Shown here: in pieces, positions 60,568 through 64,000 of the stretch | Layout: each line of letters begins with the position of its first letter | How positions within the stretch are numbered: the first letter of the stretch is position 1 | NCBI GenBank assembly: GCA_965248055.1 | Contig: CBDFIJ010000004.1 | Coordinates: 1-64,000, forward strand | DNA from: Candidatus Multivoradales bacterium | GTDB taxonomy: Bacteria; Acidobacteriota; Thermoanaerobaculia; Multivoradales; JAHEKO01 | Direction: 5' to 3' | Length of the DNA stretch: 64,000 nt | Notes under the pieces: generated by a model | Databases searched by the model: none | What the model was told of the DNA's origin: nothing | The model's input: the letters and a program-made list of their open reading frames with translations, nothing else | Position numbers and translations under genes: made by a program

Positions 60568-61077
60568 TCAACTCTGGGCGAGCGAGCGCTCTGCCTTTTC
60601 TTCCTCTTTCTTGAGCTGACGCTCAGCCTCGGAAATCTGAGGTCCGAGGAAGCAAAGTGGCCTCGCTCGCGGCGCAACGGGGCCGAGTTCCGCCTCAAGC
60701 TCGGCTGGCATTCGTGGGGCGACCACCGAAGAGATGTGGCTTGGCCAACCCGATTCGATCCATTCCAAGGACAGCTCGATTCCGCTGTAGTCGTGGCCGG
60801 TTGCAGACGGTAGGCGCTTCGTCAGCACCTTTTTTGCGGCCAAAAGAGCGCTCTCCGTTTCGCGCAGGGGCACTAGCTCAAATTGAGCTCGTTCCAAGGC
60901 TTGGAGCGTACTCCCCACCGAGCCACTAACGGCCCGCAATAAGAAAAGCTCCTCTGTCAGCTCGCGGCGCTTTCTTGGGATCGGTTCGTCGTCGATCACA
61001 TCGGGCAAAGCGGCGATTCTTTCCCTGCTGCGGGTGTACAAAACACGCAGCTGTTCTGATAATGATCCGGCACTCAT
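60568..61077 (-). CDS. Hypothetical helical protein (prophage remnant)
   Basis: 169-aa ORF coupled to the upstream ORF (ATGA overlap). Confidence 0.55.
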   Translation of the reverse strand: MSAGSLSEQLRVLYTRSRERIAALPDVIDDEPIPRKRRELTEELFLLRAVSGSVGSTLQALERAQFELVPLRETESALLAAKKVLTKRLPSATGHDYSGIELSLEWIESGWPSHISSVVAPRMPAELEAELGPVAPRARPLCFLGPQISEAERQLKKEEEKAERSLAQS

Positions 61078-61421
61078 GCGAATAACCCATAGGTGTCTGG
61101 GGCTTGCCCTGGAGCCGTTCTTGCCTTTTTGCCCAGCTGTTTCTTCTCGTCGGTTTTTCCGTGCAAGTTGTAAGTGTCTAGCGACGGGGCAACCTCAGCC
61201 TTTGCTGCAGTGGTAGTCCGCTGCTTGCCGATGCAGGTCGGCCCGACGTTTAAGCCCCACGGGTCTAACGGCGCGACTGCCGGTCGCAAGGCCCGTGACT
61301 GCTTTGCATCGGACCGCCCCAAGGCGGCCAGCAGACTAAGGAACAGCGTTTGTTCGCGCTCCAATACTTTGATTCGCGCCGCGTGTGGGCACGGTGATTT
61401 TGAATGTTCACTTCTTGGCAT
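61074..61421 (-). CDS. Hypothetical protein (prophage remnant)
   Basis: GGAGG RBS; 115 aa; same strand as neighbours. Confidence 0.5.
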   Translation of the reverse strand: MPRSEHSKSPCPHAARIKVLEREQTLFLSLLAALGRSDAKQSRALRPAVAPLDPWGLNVGPTCIGKQRTTTAAKAEVAPSLDTYNLHGKTDEKKQLGKKARTAPGQAPDTYGLFA

Positions 61422-61450
61422 CTGATATTCCTCCGTCGATTTCTGTTGGC

Positions 61451-61828
61451 TCAGTGAGGTAAATAATCCCCACCAAGATTGTCAATAATTTGACTTGCGA
61501 AAGCTCGTCGCGATCGCATGATTTCGCTTTGTCGTTCTGGACTGAGACCAGGATTTTCCATCCGGACTGGCGGACTAAGGTTGCTACTACCCCAAGTTCC
61601 TGCAATTCGTTCAGGCTCCCGCCCGGCAAGCGTCAGCGCGCCAGCCATTGCCACCGCGCGGTCATCGTGGCCACCTGGCCGGTGATCGACCCGATCTCGT
61701 CCCTGACTTCCGCGCCTTCGCTCCAAGCCCCGAAGCTCTCGCAGGAGTGCTGCGTGGTCCAGGATCAAAGCTGCACCAGCGTTCACAAGCGGCAACAATT
61801 CCAAGTACGTTGCGCTAGTCGTGAGCTT
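61451..61828 (-). pseudogene. Phage terminase large subunit, C-terminal nuclease fragment, truncated by IS3
   Basis: YLELLPLVNAG...LLRELRGLERR...DRVDHRPGGHDDRAVAMAGA (terminase HDD motif). Confidence 0.65.
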
Positions 61829-62216
61829 TGCACGGAACCTGTCAACAACTTTGAGACAGTTGGCAGAATTAATTAGTGAATCGGGACAACCTCCTTGGTG
61901 CGCTGATGTTTGGGTGGGTTGATCCAGACGGCCCTCGGTAATAGCTGAATGGTCGGTTTTCCTCGGACAAAACGCTGCGGGTTGTTTCGCCAGGCTTCAT
62001 CGAGGGCCAGTTGACGGATCTTGAGCTTGTGGTCGGCCTTGCCGTAGTGGACATCTTCGGGTGTCAGCATGGCGATGCCGGCGTGACGGTGCTGGGTGTT
62101 GTACCAGATAAAGAACGACCTGCAGAAGGCGATAGCGTCCTCGATCGAGCCAAACCGATCGGGAAAGCTCGGGTGATACTTGAGGGTCTTGAATTGGGCT
62201 TCGGAGAAGGGATTAT

Positions 62217-63585
62217 GAGTTATTGTCAAAAGTTGTGTATTGAGCCATCAGGCGGCGATCTGTTTTTGTTTTTCTCCGTCCACGAACTGGAGACCTTCAA
62301 CGACTTCGGCAATGCGCCTGTAGCCCTGTAGCCTCCGCCATCGTTTTTCTGCGCTTTGGCACAGCTTGAAGACCATCGAGAGCATGGTTTCTCGCGACAG
62401 ACAGCCCCGGGTTTTGGAGGTTCTCAAGCGTACGGTAGCAAAAGTTGATTCGATTGGGTTGGTGGTCCTCAAATGCACCCAGTGCTCAGCCGGGAAATCG
62501 TAGAAAGCGAGTAGCTGGACGCGATCTTTGACCAAGCACTGGACTGCTTTCGGATATTTAGCTTGGTAGATTGCCTGGAATGCATCAAAAGCCCTCTCGG
62601 CATCGTGACGTGTCTGCGCCATCCAGATTTGGTGGATTGCCTGCTTGGCCTTGGGCTGGATCGCCTTGGGGAGCTTATTCAAGACGTTGGCCGTCTTGTG
62701 GACCCAGCAGCGCTGGGTCTTGGTATTTCCCCACACCTGAGCCAGAGCCTTCCAGAAACCCAGATTGCCGTCACCGATTGCGATCTTAGGCTCGAATGTA
62801 AGGCCTCTTGCTTCCAGGCCTCGCAACAGCTCCAGCCATGACGCCTCACTCTCCCGGTAACCGTCTTCAACAGCGATCAGTTCTTTGTTGCCGTCCGCAG
62901 TGGCACCAATTAACACCAGCAAGCAGAGCTTGGCGTTATCCAGGCGAGCCTTGCAGTAAATGCCGTCAGCCCATACATAGACGTAGCGCTTGGACGAAAG
63001 ATCGCGCTGCCGCCATTCGCTGTACTCCTGGCCCCAGACGCGTTTGAGGCGGCTCACCGTCGAAGACGAAAGACCTGGCGCTTCAGGGCCCACCAAAGCT
63101 TCCAGAGCTCGTGAGAAGTCCCCGGTAGAAATCCCCCGTAAGTATAGCCAGGGCAAGAGATCCGCGATGCTCTTGGACCGGCGCAGATACGGTGGCACTA
63201 GATTGGAGCGAAAATGAAGCTCACCCTGGCGATCCCGCACCCGTGGCACTTTGACCGAAATGCCGCCGATTCCGGTCTGGATCTCCCGCTCTGGCATGTA
63301 GCCGTTTCTCACCAACCGCCGGTGACCGACCGCCGTACGTTGATCTTGGTACTCAACCAAAAAACTCTCCACCTCTGCCTCGATTGCTTCGCAAAGAAGC
63401 AACCGTGAACCTCGGCGCAAGACCTCGGTCAGAGCGTCCTCAGGACGCTCTACTTGATCGATTGAAACTACATTACTCTTGCTCAACGGCGTGTCCTCCT
63501 TTTGGGATGATTGAACCCAGCTTTGAAAACCGGGCTCAGGATACGCCGCCTTCAAACTCTCATACACAACTTTCGGTTATATCTC
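62217..63585 (-). mobile_element. IS256-family element, complete
   Basis: IRs GAGATATAACCGAAAGTTGTGTA / TACACAACTTTTGACAATAACTC; 9-bp TSD AGGGATTAT at 62208-62216 and 63586-63594. Confidence 0.95.
62248..63486 (-). CDS. IS256-family (Mutator-type) transposase
   Basis: RNGY, YVYVWADG, QRCWVHK, RTTNPIES; AGGAGG RBS before TTG at 63486. Confidence 0.95.
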   Translation of the reverse strand: MSKSNVVSIDQVERPEDALTEVLRRGSRLLLCEAIEAEVESFLVEYQDQRTAVGHRRLVRNGYMPEREIQTGIGGISVKVPRVRDRQGELHFRSNLVPPYLRRSKSIADLLPWLYLRGISTGDFSRALEALVGPEAPGLSSSTVSRLKRVWGQEYSEWRQRDLSSKRYVYVWADGIYCKARLDNAKLCLLVLIGATADGNKELIAVEDGYRESEASWLELLRGLEARGLTFEPKIAIGDGNLGFWKALAQVWGNTKTQRCWVHKTANVLNKLPKAIQPKAKQAIHQIWMAQTRHDAERAFDAFQAIYQAKYPKAVQCLVKDRVQLLAFYDFPAEHWVHLRTTNPIESTFATVRLRTSKTRGCLSRETMLSMVFKLCQSAEKRWRRLQGYRRIAEVVEGLQFVDGEKQKQIAA

Positions 63586-64000
63586 AGGGATTATCGTTGG
63601 AGATGCGAGGCCGCGAGAATGACTGAGAGATACCAAGCCTTACGAGGAGTCGTCCGGTGTCCTTGGCGGTCATCGGCGAGCCCCGATCACTGTGTAGGGT
63701 TAGCTGATTCTTGGGAATGCCTTGCTTGGTTGAGGTCTCCTCGAGAAGCCTTTGGGCTAAGGCCTCGCGTTCGTGCTCGGCGAGCATCCAGCCGACCACA
63801 TAGCGGCTGAAGATATCGAGGACAACGTAGAGATAGAACCACCATCCCGGCTGAGGCCCTCTCAGCCGGGTGATATCCCAGCTCCAGACTTGGTTTGCCG
63901 CTGTGGCGAGTAGCTCTGGCTTGGTATAGACCGGATGGCGGCGTTGGCGCCGTCTCTCTTGCAGCGTCTTCTCAGCTGCCAGGAGTCGGTACATGGTGCG

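Larger units (their letters stand above)
61829..64000 (-). mobile_element. IS3-family element interrupted by IS256; runs off the window
   Basis: WSWDIT, LDIFSRYVVGW, HSDRG, SRPRISNDNP|FSEAQFKTLKY, WYNTQHRH; terminal IR-like TGTCTCAAAGTTGTTGACAGGTTCCG at the ~61830 end. Confidence 0.9.

Overview
The window joins two genomes. Bases 1-~5620 are AT-rich, animal-like DNA with microsatellites, a hAT-type MITE and two PIF/Harbinger-type non-autonomous elements. This is fused abruptly, inside a truncated IS256, to bacterial DNA that is most likely Acidobacteriota, judged from the Cys-rich RpoB insertion and the gene order. The bacterial part has three zones. (i) ~5.6-20.5 kb is the right arm of a genomic island integrated at tRNA-Thr(TGT). 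It carries a tyrosine integrase, an IS-disrupted large serine recombinase, an SF2 helicase-nuclease fusion, a broken nuclease-like gene, a decayed toxin-antitoxin pair and a membrane protein. Its most notable cargo is a tight two-gene cassette: an MfnB/DUF556-like TIM-barrel gene lacking the canonical Schiff-base lysine, then a 1772-aa nuclease-NACHT-repeat (NLR/Avs-like) gene, closed by a perfect 38-bp palindrome. (ii) ~21.9-57.9 kb holds the core tRNA-tuf-secE-nusG-rpl-rpoBC-str-S10-spc-alpha superoperon, from which rpmG, rpsN and rpsD are cleanly absent, followed by a divergent EF-G paralogue. (iii) ~58-64 kb is a prophage/satellite remnant (hicB-hicA, Com-like zinc finger, terminase fragment) hit by nested IS3 and IS256 insertions. 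All protein assignments come from motif recognition by eye; no database searches were run.
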